DNA of 63,273 nt, filler included, from Octopus bimaculoides (lineage: Eukaryota), in assembly GCF_001194135.2 (NCBI RefSeq). It is 5 parts of 5 records of this genome, joined end to end, with 100 filler letters (N's around TTAATTAATTAA, not from the genome) between each part and the next. Parts side by side here need not be neighbours in the genome. Positions count along the whole stretch, not along the records: positions 35,971 to 50,902 come from NC_068982.1; positions 51,003 to 63,273 come from NC_068983.1; 3 more parts are not named here. The stretch is one strand, 5' to 3'. The notes under the pieces are model-generated. The model had not been told where the DNA came from. It was given only the letters and a program-made list of their open reading frames with translations, and ran no database searches. This document shows, in pieces, positions 37,146 through 51,394 of this stretch. Position 1 is the stretch's first letter, and every line of letters starts with the position of its first letter. The position numbers were made by a program, and so were the translations under genes.

Positions 37146-38376
37146 CGCGGGTGAGCTGAAACATTCATAGGCTGACTATGAAGGAGTGATGCTAGAGTTG
37201 TGAAATATTGCATTCATCAATTTCAAACTCTACTTATGAATACCTGCATTGTTTCTTTCCCGCTAACCAGACATCTGACTGTTCAAGGACTTCAAAAGTA
37301 GCTAGTAGTGACTTCTCTTGAAAATGGACAAAATTTGGTATCGTAGTGTTATCAGGTACCTGAAGAAAAAGGATTTAGTCTCCAAAGACATTCATACTGA
37401 CATGGTTGCTACATTATGGAATGATGCTCCAGCTTTATCAACAGTTTAAAAGTGGGCAGTTGAATTTAAGAGGAGAAGGAAGAATCTTGAAAATGATGCA
37501 AGGTCTGGATCTCCTGCAACTATCACCGTCTAAGAAAACATTGGTTGTGTTCACCACATGGTTATAGATGACAAGTAATTGGTTATAAGTCAAATAGCCA
37601 ATGCTATTAGCATATCCCGTGAGAGAGTTGAGAATATTCTGCACAATGAACTTGACATGACGGAAGTTTCTGCTTGGTGGGTGCCACGTCTTCTAACACC
37701 TGATCAAAATTGCACCTGGCTGATCAGATCATGGGAAAATCTGACATTGTTTGAGGCAGATCCAGCTGGCTTCCATGAACGTTTCGCAACCCAAGATGAG
37801 TGTTAGTTTCATCAATTTGAGCTAGGGACAAAGAGACAATCCATGTAGTGGAAACACCTCCCCTCACCTGCTCCGAAGAAGGTCAAAGTAGTTTCACCTG
37901 CAGAGAAGGTGATGACCTGCGCTTTTTGGGATGCAAAAATGCATTGCGTTTATTGACTTTCTTCGAAAGGGCCACACCATCAACGAGGAGTATTATTTTC
38001 AAATTACTAAGGCAGTTACGAAAAACTCTCAAAGCCAAACGCCTTAGAAAACTGACAAAAGTGTTCTTTCATCAAGACAATGCTCCAGAACACAAGTCCT
38101 TGGTTTCAATAGCTGCTGCGCGTGACAATAGCTTTCAACTGGTTGATCCCATCCCAATTCTCCTGATTTAGTCCCATCTGGCAGGGAAGCAGTATTGCAA
38201 TGACGATGACGTCTTCTTTGCCGAATAGGATGAAAGCTTTTTCACCAATGAGAACCAAGCATTGCAACACAGATGGGAAATGTTTGTGAACCGCAAAGGA
38301 GTCTATACTGAAAAATAAACCTCATTTGGTCACATGAGGGTATCTTGGTCAGTCTGAACTTTTCAGTCGTCCTTTG
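37146..38376 (+). mobile_element. Mariner transposon, near full length, decayed
   Basis: TIRs CGCGGGTGAGCTGAAACATTCATAGGCTGAC and its inverted counterpart ending 38376; TA flanks at 37144-37145 and 38377-38378; inserted into a (TATG)n run. Confidence 0.92.
37324..38318 (+). pseudogene. Mariner transposase pseudogene
   Basis: MDKIWYRSVIRYL..RSGSPAT..WVPRLL (37678)..TQDEC..FHQDNAPEH..SPDLVPS, then a short deletion removing the third catalytic Asp, ending CVNRKGVYTEK*. Multiple stops and frameshifts. Confidence 0.9.
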
Positions 38377-38387
38377 TATGTATGTAT

Positions 38388-38449
<62 letters not shown>

Positions 38450-39488
38450 NNNNNNNNNNNNNNNNNNNNNNNNNNNNNNNNNNNNNNNNNNNNNNNNNNN
38501 NNNNNNNNNNNNNNNNNNNNNNNNNNNNNNNNNNNNNNNNNNNNNNNNNNNNNNNNNNNNNNNNNNNNNNNNNNNNNNNNNNNNNNNNNNNNNNNNNNNN
38601 NNNNNNNNNNNNNNNNNNNNNNNNNNNNNNNNNNNNNNNNNNNNNNNNNNNNNNNNNNNNNNNNNNNNNNNNNNNNNNNNNNNNNNNNNNNNNNNNNNNN
38701 NNNNNNNNNNNNNNNNNNNNNNNNNNNNNNNNNNNNNNNNNNNNNNNNNNNNNNNNNNNNNNNNNNNNNNNNNNNNNNNNNNNNNNNNNNNNNNNNNNNN
38801 NNNNNNNNNNNNNNNNNNNNNNNNNNNNNNNNNNNNNNNNNNNNNNNNNNNNNNNNNNNNNNNNNNNNNNNNNNNNNNNNNNNNNNNNNNNNNNNNNNNN
38901 NNNNNNNNNNNNNNNNNNNNNNNNNNNNNNNNNNNNNNNNNNNNNNNNNNNNNNNNNNNNNNNNNNNNNNNNNNNNNNNNNNNNNNNNNNNNNNNNNNNN
39001 NNNNNNNNNNNNNNNNNNNNNNNNNNNNNNNNNNNNNNNNNNNNNNNNNNNNNNNNNNNNNNNNNNNNNNNNNNNNNNNNNNNNNNNNNNNNNNNNNNNN
39101 NNNNNNNNNNNNNNNNNNNNNNNNNNNNNNNNNNNNNNNNNNNNNNNNNNNNNNNNNNNNNNNNNNNNNNNNNNNNNNNNNNNNNNNNNNNNNNNNNNNN
39201 NNNNNNNNNNNNNNNNNNNNNNNNNNNNNNNNNNNNNNNNNNNNNNNNNNNNNNNNNNNNNNNNNNNNNNNNNNNNNNNNNNNNNNNNNNNNNNNNNNNN
39301 NNNNNNNNNNNNNNNNNNNTATATATACGCGTGTGTGTGCGTAAATGTGTACAGTCTTGCGTTTGGTTATGAACGTATGAGTGCCTGCGTGTGTCTTTGT
39401 CTGTGTGCGTGTGTACATACATCCATAATTACATATATATATACATATATACACGCACACACACACACACACATACACACACACATAT

Positions 39489-39537
<49 letters not shown>

Positions 39538-39957
39538 TGCTTTTGGTATTTATGCGTGTGGGTATGACAGATGTATGCTGGGTGGGGGTAGGAAATAGGC
39601 GTAGGACTCAGGTTTGGTGGCGTGAGTGGGAAGAGACATGTACGTGTACGTGAGTATGTGTGTGTATGTGTGTGTGTGTGTACATTCTTGTATTTGTGCA
39701 TTGGAGATTGATTGTATGCGTGTTTGGAAGAACATGTGTGCATGTGGTTTCGTTTTGTCTGCTGTGTACACACACACACACACACACACATACACACACA
39801 CACATGTATCGATACTAAGCAAAAGTAACAGAGTGACTCGAGGTTCGAAAGTTTCGTGCGTTGGTCACTTATCACATGAGACTCTGCGAACTTGAGACAT
39901 TCTGTTGCTTGTGCTAAATATTAATAAGTATATAAACTCATATATATTTACTCTCTT

Positions 39958-40095
39958 GTACTTGTTTCAGTCCTTTGACTGTGGCCATGTTAGAGCACCA
40001 CCTTTAGTCGAGCAAATTGACCTCAGGACGACTTATTATTTGGAAGCCTAGTACTTAGTCTATCAGTTTCTTTTGTCGAGCCGCTAAGTTCGATG
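39958..40095 (-). mobile_element. SINE family A, 3' part
   Basis: tacttgtttcagtcctttgactgtggccatgttagagcaccacctttagtcgagcaaattgacc..gccgctaagtt. Confidence 0.85.
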
Positions 40096-40106
40096 GGTGA
40101 TATATA

Positions 40107-40156
<50 letters not shown>

Positions 40157-41820
40157 GAGATATATATAGGGTAGGGAGGGGGAGGGAAGGAGGGAGGGAG
40201 AGAGGGACATACAGACTGAGAAAGTAATTATATTAGATAGTTTTATTTATTTCAACTAACAGGCTGCTTTCACTGAATTCAAATGTTCATCAGAAACTGA
40301 ACACGCACATACATACATATGAATGCATGCTTGCGTGAGTGTGTATCTAAGCGTGTGCTTGTGTGTACGTGTGCGTATGTGTGTGTGTACATATGTTTGT
40401 TTCTATGTGTATAACAATAGCAATAATTATTTCTCAAAGTTCAAGTATGCATTTCGATGCTATTTGTGAAGAAGGAAACAATAGAAAAATATTACCTAAC
40501 AATATAACAAAATATCTTTTCCTGGACATAACGTGTTTCTGACAGTTGCACACACGCAAGCGCACCCCCCCCCATATATATACACATGTGTGTATTTATA
40601 TTTATACATGTAGATTTTGTGTAAAATAAGTACCATAAAATATGCACCAGTTGAATACTGGAGATCGAGTTAATCGACTTATTCCCTCCTGCAAAATTTG
40701 AAATCAATATGTATACCTTGGTGGCTTTTCTTTTACTATGCCGTTTGCTAAATGATACTTTATTATACCACTGCTCTAGACTCTTCTATCAAGCCCTTTG
40801 GTAAACTTTGCAGTGAAAACAACTCTTGTATTTGAAAAATATATATTCTTCTAAACTCCGATTTGTTGTTTAATTATTAATTCCAGAATAAGTAGAGCAC
40901 TTTGATGTAAAGACTTTTACACCCATTAATCCGTATTTGAATTTCTCGACATTTCGGCTTAGTTCATAATATACCTCAGTTTGCTTTACGTTAGTTACGA
41001 GGCTACACAAACAAATATACTTAGAACACTGTTCTTTATTCTGTAGCCTGTTGAAGAAGACAACATCTGTGTGTACACACACACACACACACACAAGAAA
41101 CATGATTATGTCCACGCGAATTCTCTCTCTATATTTATTTTAATATCTATACTGCATTTGATATTTTTGTCGTCATCTCGTCAACCATGTCTGTGTGCGT
41201 GAGTGTATGTGTGTGTGCGTGCGTGCGCGCGTGCGCACGTTCGTTCGTATGTATTTGTGTATGTATTTGAGTGTGCGCGTGAGATGTGCTCGTTTATCGA
41301 GGTGTTAGTGGTGTACACTTGTATGCGTATGAATGTATATGTATGTTGTTGTTGTGTGTGCGAATATGCATGCTTCTGTCTATGCGTCTATGTAAGCGTG
41401 AATGAGGGGGAAATGTGTGTTGTCTACCTTCTCTAAGATGTAGACTTCAAAAAGATTTTGTGTGTTTCTAATTCCTTTCAAAACATTACAACTTATGAAA
41501 GGATTGGATTGCTTTCTCAGAAGAGGGCCTAAAACAACTTAATACATCGGTTTTCGTTAAGATCCATAATGTAGATCATATTTCATAGAACCTTTAAACA
41601 CACACACACACACACATGTATGTGTGTGCCTGTGTATGTGCATATATATGTGTGTGTGTGTGTATATACATGTGTGTGTTTATGAATGTATGTGTGTGTA
41701 TGTACGTACGTATGTATGTATGCATGTATGTATGTATGTATATATGTATGTATGTGTGTTTGTGTGCGTGCGTATATGTATGTATGTGTCTGTGAATGTA
41801 TGTCTTTTATGTCTTTTATC

Positions 41821-42015
41821 TTTTACTTGTTTCAGTAAATAGATTGCAGCCATATTGGGGCATGGCCTTGAAGGGTTTAGCCGAAGAATTGGACCCCGGT
41901 GCTTATTTCTTGAGTCTGTTACTGTTACTTTTATGTTGGTGAATTGCTAAGTCATGGGGACGTAAGCAAACCATCACCGGTTGTCAAGCGGTAATTTGAG
42001 ACAAACAAGCACAAA
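41821..42015 (-). mobile_element. SINE family A, 3' part, diverged
   Basis: ttttacttgtttcagt..gctaagtcatggggacgtaa..ggttgtcaagcggt..gacaaaca. Confidence 0.75.
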
Positions 42016-42237
42016 AACAAAATATACGTACATATATATGTGTTTGTGTGTGTGTGTTTGGGTGCGTGTGTGTCTCTGTGTGTGCTTTTTTCCCCCCGAT
42101 ATGATTGTCGGTTGGGGTCTGAGGGAGATTTGTATGCTATTTCCGACAGGTCGAGTAATGGTCTCCTTCCTTCTCATATTTCACACACGTACGCAGATAA
42201 TCATACGTAATCATAAGTGTGTGTGTGAGCGATGGTG

Positions 42238-42280
<43 letters not shown>

Positions 42281-42395
42281 ATGTGTTTTTTTCACTAGAA
42301 TGAATAGTTAAAAACAGGAAATGTAAAACCAATATCATAAAAGTATAATAAGAGAGAGAGAGAGAGAGAGAGCGTGTGTGTGTGTGTGTGTAAGA

Positions 42396-42449
<54 letters not shown>

Positions 42450-42875
42450 CTGATTGAGTAAAAAGAGGAAGTGAGAGAATATTGGTAATATTTGGCCAAC
42501 GAATGTAATATCATAGTGAAATGTANNNNNNNNNNNNNNNNNNNNNNNNNNNNNNNNNNNNNNNNNNNNNNNNNNNNNNNNNNNNNNNNNNNNNNNNNNN
42601 NNNNNNNNNNNNNNNNNNNNNNNNNNNNNNNNNNNNNNNNNNNNNNNNNNNNNNNNNNNNNNNNNNNNNNNNNNNNNNNNNNNNNNNNNNNNNNNNNNNN
42701 NNNNNNNNNNNNNNNNNNNNNNNNNNNNNNNNNNNNNNNNNNNNNNNNNNNNNNNNNNNNNNNNNNNNNNNNNNNNNNNNNNNNNNNNNNNNNNNNNNNN
42801 NNNNNNNNNNNNNNNNNNNNNNNNNNNNNNNNNNNNNNNNNNNNNNNNNNNNNNNNNNNNNNNNNNNNNNNNNNN

Positions 42876-42914
<39 letters not shown>

Positions 42915-43043
42915 GATGTATATATATACATATGCATGTGATGTGTGTGTGTGTGTGTGTTTGTGTAAATCCATGTATATTCTAAATATTTATATATATA
43001 AATACGTACACACACACACGCACACACACAGTCACACACACAG

Positions 43044-43080
<37 letters not shown>

Positions 43081-43179
43081 TATATCGTTGGTAGTGAGAT
43101 TTGGTTGGTGTGCCCATGACTGCTGCTTGTCACTGATGAGACACAATAAGTTGAATTCACGTAATCTGGCAGATACGGC

Positions 43180-43345
43180 GCCTGGACTGCAGGCCTTGAA
43201 GGTTTTAGTCGAACAATTCGACCGCTGTACTTATTTTTCAGCATGATACTTATTTATCCGTCGCTTTTGCCGAACCGTTAACTTATAAATGGATAAATAA
43301 ACACCGGTTGTGATTCGGTGGTGAGGGACAAACACAAACACAAAG
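43180..43345 (-). mobile_element. SINE family A, 3' part, diverged
   Basis: ttttagtcgaacaattcgacc..cttttgccgaaccg..aaacaccggttgt..gggacaaacacaaacac. Confidence 0.7.
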
Positions 43346-44209
43346 TCACACACATATAAATATATACATACACTTCATATAAAGGACATTTTGAAGTCCT
43401 TATGATTCAATTTTTTTTTCTTGATAACTGGTTCATTCAGCGTTTATTTAATTTCTACGGTAATAATGTTAGTATGATACTATTTTTTAGAAAGTTTCTT
43501 TCTTATATAAACTACATGATTTGTAATCTTTAATCTTTGACTTTTAGTAATGATTATTATAAATATTTGAAGCAATCTAGTTTATAAAATTATTTGCTAT
43601 TTAATTAGAGATGATATCGTATTTAAGTATATTAGTTTGTTCTTTACCCATAGATAAATAGCGTATTATTATAATAACATGTATTTTTAATAATATGAAA
43701 GAATGAAGGGGACATTTCTTATTTAGCCATGATTTTTTTTAAATATTAAAAAAAAAATTTGTTCCTGGTATCTAAAAATACTAATTCGATAAGACATCTT
43801 TAAATTAAAATACTTAATAGTATGCAAATATATTTTATGACCATAATATTAGTTTATTTTTATTTTTTTATCTCTGTTTTTGTTTTTAATTATTGACGCT
43901 CATGCTTGAAAACAAGTATATTTAAATTCAGTCTTTTCTTGGATTTTTGAATCCGCATATATAAAAAATTACACTGAGGAGATTCTTGCCCACAAACAAT
44001 GGATTTTTATAATTTTATTATGGGTAAGAATCGAAACAATTGTATGTAATTTATATTTATATTTAATATTAATTACTTATTACATTATGTTATATTATTA
44101 TAACAGTATAATAAAATATAGTATTATGCTATAAATTTTAATTTTGTATTGGCAATTGTTATATATATTTTCATTTCTTATTCATATATATATATATATA
44201 TATATATAT

Positions 44210-44264
<55 letters not shown>

Positions 44265-44287
44265 CAGACAGACAGAAACAGAGAGAC

Positions 44288-44592
44288 TTGTAATAATGAA
44301 GTGAAACCAAATAATGATATTTTGAAAGCATTTAACACGTACATTTCACGTCATTATTACAAGTTATATGACTCAATGCAAGCACAAACTAGCCTTTCCT
44401 GGCTCTATGTACACGATTTTTAACAGGCAATGGGAGTATTTTGTTGTATTTAGTTCAAGTAGAAAATCCTAGTGCCGTGCCTTACTTTTAAGCAAAACGC
44501 AATATATACATATGTATGTATGTATGCATGCATGTATGTATGTATGCATGCATGCATGCGTATACATATATATATGTATGGCTGCATGCACG

Positions 44593-44630
<38 letters not shown>

Positions 44631-45379
44631 NNNNNNNNNNNNNNNNNNNNNNNNNNNNNNNNNNNNNNNNNNNNNNNNNNNNNNNNNNNNNNNNNNNNNN
44701 NNNNNNNNNNNNNNNNNNNNNNNNNNNNNNNNNNNNNNNNNNNNNNNNNNNNNNNNNNNNNNNNNNNNNNNNNNNNNNNNNNNNNNNNNNNNNNNNNNNN
44801 NNNNNNNNNNNNNNNNNNNNNNNNNNNNNNNNNNNNNNNNNNNNNNNNNNNNNNNNNNNNNNNNNNNNNNNNNNNNNNNNNNNNNNNNNNNNNNNNNNNN
44901 NNNNNNNNNNNNNNNNNNNNNNNNNNNNNNNNNNNNNNNNNNNNNNNNNNNNNNNNNNNNNNNNNNNNNNNNNNNNNNNNNNNNNNNNNNNNNNNNNNNN
45001 NNNNNNNNNNNNNNNNNNNNNNNNNNNNNNNNNNNNNNNNNNNNNNNNNNNNNNNNNNNNNNNNNNNNNNNNNNNNTATATATATATATATATATATATA
45101 TTTGCATGCATGCATGTAAATACGTATACATACATACATACATATATACATATACATACATATATATGTATATATTGCATTTTGCTTAAAAGCAATGCAC
45201 TGCACCAAGATTTTCTACTTAAGCTAAATACAACGAAATACTCCCATTGCCTGTTAAAAATCGTGTACATAGAGCCAGGAGAGGCTAGTTTGTGCTTAGA
45301 TCGAGTCGTATAACGATCTGAAATGTACGTATTAAATGCTTTCAAAATATCATTATTTGGTTTCACTTCATCATTACAA
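44288..45379. repeat. Large inverted duplication (foldback) with a gap at the centre
   Basis: 44288 to about 44510 matches the reverse complement of about 45170-45379 at roughly 85-90% by eye with one indel. The inner (ATGC/TATG/TA) microsatellites are mirrored too. Confidence 0.9.
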
Positions 45380-46480
45380 ATAATATATATATATATATAT
45401 ATATATCAAATATTTTGTAAAATTTACCTATAAGGCTTTTATTTCCGTTCTGGCTACCTGGTAAAATTATTATTGATTTTACCCTTTATTATATATATAT
45501 ATATGTACATAAAGTACCACTACCCACCAAATGTCGCCAAGGCGAACCGCCCAATCTAGCTGCCTCTTAGTCAAAGGCGTTCCTCTTAGATCAAAGACCT
45601 TCCAGCTCTGGCTTTCCGGTTTTTATTCAGCGCAGTATGTCCATAACTGCATTTTCAAAGGATTCCTCGTTTATAATACGATTGGGTATAATTTGAAGAA
45701 GATTTAGTTGCTGTTTCTGTTAAGTCAAGCGGTCATGTAGATGCTTTCTGTGATGGCTCGACCAAACCCTTGATTTAATGTGAGGTGATATTCGAGCATT
45801 ACTGACCCTGCTTTAACGTCGATATTTACACATACCCACGCACACGCACACATCCACTCACGCACGCCCAGATATGTGTGTATGTATTTATATTTATATT
45901 TTATATATCTGTGTAAACGTGTGTTTATATACGTATGCACGTGTGTGTCACTTGATTAAAATAAAGTTGGCAAACAACAATTTATTATTCAGACATGCTG
46001 GGTAGCCTTTTGGAACATTCACTTACACGTTTTTTCGAAATTTCTTCTCCCACACACCTGCTAACACCTTCACATACACACAAATCAGACAATTTTGTGC
46101 AAGGTGAAGGAGCGCTGTTTCGAGCACAGCAAGCTTCCATCGTATCACTTCATGTGATATTAACGCGTGTACAACTACAGACCACCCTTGCTCTCTCTGT
46201 TTTGATTCTAAATACTATTCACTCTTGTCGTCTTCCTTAGCCGAGCAAAGACTGTTTGAATAAACAAGCCACTTTGCATCAAGGCGTCTTTCCTACAACA
46301 AAACAGCTTCATTGAATGAATTTATGAATAAAGGCATATTAAGAACAATGAATTTATTTATGGGTAAACGACATATTAAAACCATTGTGTTATTTATTGC
46401 TGACGACATATTAACACCAACATCCGCAAGGCGTATGTATGTCTATGTGTGTGTGCTTACGTGTGTGTACGTACGAGCGT

Positions 46481-46588
<108 letters not shown>

Positions 46589-47106
46589 GAGACAGTGGGA
46601 AAGAGAGAGAAAGAGAGTTGGTTTGTATATATGTATATTTATTTTAATGTTTTGTACATTATTTTTGACATACTGTTTAATTTATATTTAATTTTTTTTC
46701 TTTTGATTCTATATTTTTAAAACTCCATACTTTACTGCATCTAAATCATATTTAGTTTCTCCTTTAGATTTATTTCTCAACGTTTTAGGCTCAAATTCAA
46801 TCAGGATAGGCACGTTGGTATTCATTCTTATATCGACAGTGAAATACGTATCAGTGATACATAGAAGAAGTCGATTCATTTCATCTCTCCGTCTTCATTG
46901 CTTAATCAAAAGGAAACAAAATATTTCGTTTTTCACTTCAGTACTGAATTCTTTAGCTTTTAGTCAGAGTCGCCAAAATTTTAAGTATGCATCTTTATAC
47001 CGGAAAACTGGCCCGTATACTTAAAACAGAGTGGGGTCTGCTCAAGGTATCCAAGATGCCAGGTGGCGTATTAAACTGAATAACAAATTAAGTGTACCAC
47101 TCAAAG

Positions 47107-47340
47107 GGGCCATGGCGGGATTTGAACTCAGAGCGCAAAGAGCCAGAACAAATACTGCCAAGTATCTAGTCCAACATTCATGCTGCTAGGTACAATTCAA
47201 TCGACCATAAAGGATGAAGAGCGAGATTTTCATTCTTTTCATCCTTTTCATCGGTAGGAGTTGAGCTTGAAACGTAAAGTCGGAACAAAGACCAAAGGGA
47301 AATCTCTCCAACCTTCTAACAACTCTGTCAGTTAGCCGTC
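47107..47340 (-). mobile_element. Two diverged SINE family B head fragments
   Basis: ggcgggatttgaactcagag..aaatactg and tcgaccataaaggatgaa..aactctgtcagttagcc. Confidence 0.55.
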
Positions 47341-48035
47341 AGATTTATTTATTTGAAAATGGCAAGTTAACAGCTGACTAATATCGCTTGATATGGTTTC
47401 ATATTTTACGTAAGGCTAAAAACATTCCTCTGAACAAAGTGAACAGCAAATCATTAATGATCTCTAAGTACTTCTTTTAAATTGAAGATTTAAATTTTAA
47501 ATTACTGAGCATAGATGCTTGTAGATATCAACCAAGCTTTTATTTGTTTTCATGTTTACATTATACGTATTTTTTAGAGATTTAGAAGCAAATTACTAGA
47601 GCTCTTTGTTTAGAAAGAAAAGACAAAAAAGAATTTCAAGATATTTGTGAATTATTTAGAAATACTAAAAGGCAAAAAAAATTAAAAAAACAATAAAATA
47701 CAATTTTTAAGTCGTAGTTGGATTACTGTTGGACTACATGTTCATAAAATGTTCAAATCAGAATAATTACAACTAAAGATGTCAGAACAAGTAAGACAAA
47801 CAATTGTGGAAGAAAATCATGGACCATTGAAGTACAGACAATATTTAATTAATAGTACGCTTAATTAATGAGTGTGAAATACTTCGGCGCAGAATTAGAA
47901 ACCAAAATTAATCAGTGACTCTACTTGCAGTGTCTTCTTGGTCAGAAGCACAAAAAGAAAGCCTGAAGCTTGTTGAGAAATAACAATTGCTTTTTAAACA
48001 CACTCGCATGCGTACATAATACACACACACACGCA

Positions 48036-48096
<61 letters not shown>

Positions 48097-50769
48097 GCAT
48101 ATATACATGGTGATTGCCCCATCTTTATAGATTGTAGATGATTGCTGTCTTTTTGTGCTGCCTCGTTGCAAATAGCATTTCTGGCTTTCCATCCACAACC
48201 TTTTAAATGGCCACGCAGCCCCGTTTCAGATCTACATAGTTTGGAGCATAGGGAACAGCTGAAAGTTGTAACTTACTGAACCTTTCCGGCTGGTTAGGTC
48301 TGCACACATCGCCACTTTTCCATCGCCATAGGATTTTCATTAGATGGAATGACGAATAAGGTCACCATAAAAAAACATCTGTATGCCGTTGAATTATTGT
48401 GATAAACACTTGTACACCACGAGTACGGCTCTTTGAGTTTCCATAATTAGTGCCAAGTGATAGGCCTGAGCGAGATGACCAGCCATCACGTGAAACCGCA
48501 AGTTTTACATCAGAGTGTCTATCTCTTCTAGAAGGTTGCTGTGACAACTGCTAGGAGTCCCTCACTCTCAGTGGATTTACTGCGCACCTTAACGCTGACC
48601 AAGGTATTTCTGCACCCCCGCGCTCAGAAAGATTATCATCGCATATGCTAGTTAACTTACCACTGAGAGCCTGACATTTGTTACTATTCTGGGTCAGAGT
48701 AGACCTGGGAGTGGATAAGAGGTTTTACAATCATCAAAACCCCAGAATTCCTGAAACACAGACCCACTACCGGATGCAGTTTAAAGTCATACCCACGACA
48801 AATACACCTCTACGCACGCACACACACACACATACACACACACACACACACGTACATATATGTGTGTGTGCGTGTGTGTGTGTGTGTGTGTGTATGTATG
48901 AATGTATGTGTTTCTATGTGTGAGTTCTTAGCTTATATATAATGAACTGGTTATGGGATATTTATGTAATATTAAAGGGTAGTAAAACTAAAATTCCATT
49001 CTTCAATGAAAAACATCACGTCTTTCATTTTTATTTATTCGTATAGTCAATATTTACAGGAAAATCTTGATCAACTATTGTGTGTTTTTTTTGTTTGTTT
49101 TTCACAAGGCAATACATATTAAATACATCTGTTTCCAGCAATTTAACGGGAAATATTTTTTTCAGAACACGATGTAACACTAATCTATGAAACTGTTTTT
49201 AACACGCTATGTAGTATTGAACACGCTATGTAATATTAGTAAGCACAATTTGCAAGTTGTGAGGCTTCGTGAGTTAAATATTTGCAGTCATTTCGTTCGT
49301 TCAGTTTTATGATTTGACAAATCCAAACTAAGGTGGACAATATGTGGAATACTTGGGGATTTGTTCATTGATCATAATTCAAACATGATCTTCCTGTACC
49401 GATTCTCATAAACGTCACCGACCTTTAAGGATGGTTCTATGATATACACGCGATATATATAGGAATATACACTGCGCTGTTACTGATAGTAAAAATAAGT
49501 GAGAGTATAAATAATGATGCAGACATGGTTGCTTTTGAAAGACATCCAAGAAATTAAGGCACAAATCTATGCTTTTCTTTAACCAATGCGTTACCTTATT
49601 GTCCTACTTTGAAATCTTCCCGTGCCTAAATGTGTCGTTCATCAGCTTGGAAACCGATAATATAAGTATCAGTAATATCTTGCAGTAAGGTCTACACAAA
49701 GATTTCTCTAATTTATATTTGCAATGAATTAAATTGGTTCACTCTGGACAAAAGAGAAGTTTCATTATGCTGCTTAGCGGTAGCGAACATTTGGTGAAAA
49801 GGTACCTGAAGTGTTGGTTGGTAGTGGTTTTGTAGCTTAGAGTAAGAGCATATAACAGAATAGAAAGTTAGTAATAAGCACAGATATGACAAAATCAATA
49901 AAAACTGCTGTGGTATTTATCATTTAGATCGATTATTATCGGAGCAGAACAAAGATGAAATCAATAGAAGTCATACAGTTGGCTGTTTAATTTAGAATGA
50001 GTGATTCAATTGTTATACAATCGATAAAGATTAGACTGAGTATAATATAATCTTGGATAAGGTCAACATAGGAGATGGTTATAATGGTGACGACGATGAT
50101 GATGATGATGACAATGGGGATGACGGCGACGAATGACATTGACGAGAATCATGACGATTTTAATGATGATGACAATAATTACAATGGTCGTAATGATGAC
50201 GAAGTGTATGATGACGGTGATGACGGGGAAGATAATGATGTCGAGGGTTTGAGCGATCGGGCAATCATGATTTCTATAATCTTCATATTATGAGATTATG
50301 AGCGAAGATTATAACGAGTGTTATTGGAAAAAGAACAAAGTGAATATAAAGATCTCAATTACAGCTACAAGGATAGTTGATATTGCTATTTGATGAGACT
50401 ACACATACTCACATTTATGTGATTATATGCATGCATATAATATTTATGCGTATTTATATATACGATCATACGTGTGTACGTGTGTATATATGCATATATA
50501 TATATATGTGTGTGTATAAGTATAATATATATATATATATATATATACTCACACACACTCATATAATATATGCGTGTGTGTGTGTGTGTGTATGTGCATG
50601 TGTGTGTGTCAGTGTGTGAAGGCTAGGATATAGCCAAGTGCACAATTGGGCGTATCCCACTTCACGCCTGAAGACTTTTAGTAGTACCTTTAACTCATTA
50701 ACTTGTTACTGACCGAACAGTCAGCCATTTTGATGCTCATATGGTGGCCTGAAGCAAAGTGAAGTAAAG

Positions 50770-50846
50770 TACAAAGACAAAACGCATGTTACGAACCGAG
50801 ACTTTACAGTAGGCTGGAAGCCCAGCTATCTAATCTTTAGGCCACG
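50770..50846 (-). mobile_element. tRNA-like SINE head, diverged
   Basis: Minus strand reads tggcctaaagattag (A-box-like) .. ggttcgtaac (B-box-like). Confidence 0.45.
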
Positions 50847-50902
50847 AACATTCATTAAAAAAATAACACCATTTTAACAGTTATATATATATATATATAT
50901 AT

Positions 50903-51002
50903 NNNNNNNNNNNNNNNNNNNNNNNNNNNNNNNNNNNNNNNNNNNNTTAATTAATTAANNNNNNNNNNNNNNNNNNNNNNNNNNNNNNNNNNNNNNNNNN
51001 NN
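50903..51002. other. Artificial gap N44-TTAATTAATTAA-N44
   Basis: Linker at 50947-50958. Confidence 0.95.
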
Positions 51003-51010
51003 TTGCTTTA

Positions 51011-51034
51011 GTTTTTCTTTTGCCTCAGGTAAGT
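51011..51034 (+). promoter_or_regulatory. Juxtaposed 3'/5' splice-site motif (candidate recursive splice site)
   Basis: GTTTTTCTTTTGCCTCAG|GTAAGT, with AG at 51027-51028 and GT at 51029-51030. Confidence 0.45.
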
Positions 51035-51345
51035 CTTTTTCTGTAATGCTGTATTTGTACAGTATTTTTGTTTTCTTCTTGTTACTTAGTAGTGTTGATT
51101 GTTTACTAATTTCGTTGAGAATCGATAAATCTTTTCTTTTTTTTTAAATTTTGTTCTGAATGTTATTTATCCACAAGGTCTGTTTGGGTGGTAGAACTCC
51201 TGTTCGGATGGGTTTGAGTGAGTATCCTGCTTCTTTTGTGGCTGCAGTGGCTGCCGCATATATCATGTCATTTAGCTCAGTGATATTGCCTGTTGTTTCT
51301 GTGGTTGTTAGTTCCGTGACGGCCAGGTTTATGCTATTTATTATT

Positions 51346-51392
<47 letters not shown>

Positions 51393-51394
<2 letters not shown>

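Noticed and set aside
39835-39885. Hammerhead-like TGATAA-GTG..CAC-GAAAC on the minus strand (similar weak cases at 43134, about 46110-46145, 18840-18858 and about 34170-34190)
   Set aside because: Core positions are mutated, stem II is missing, or there is no valid UH cleavage site or stem I. They may be decayed copies but cannot be supported.
48271-48661. Two minus-strand GTAAGT donor motifs
   Set aside because: No matching acceptor with an open, recognisable reading frame. Isolated hexamers are expected by chance.
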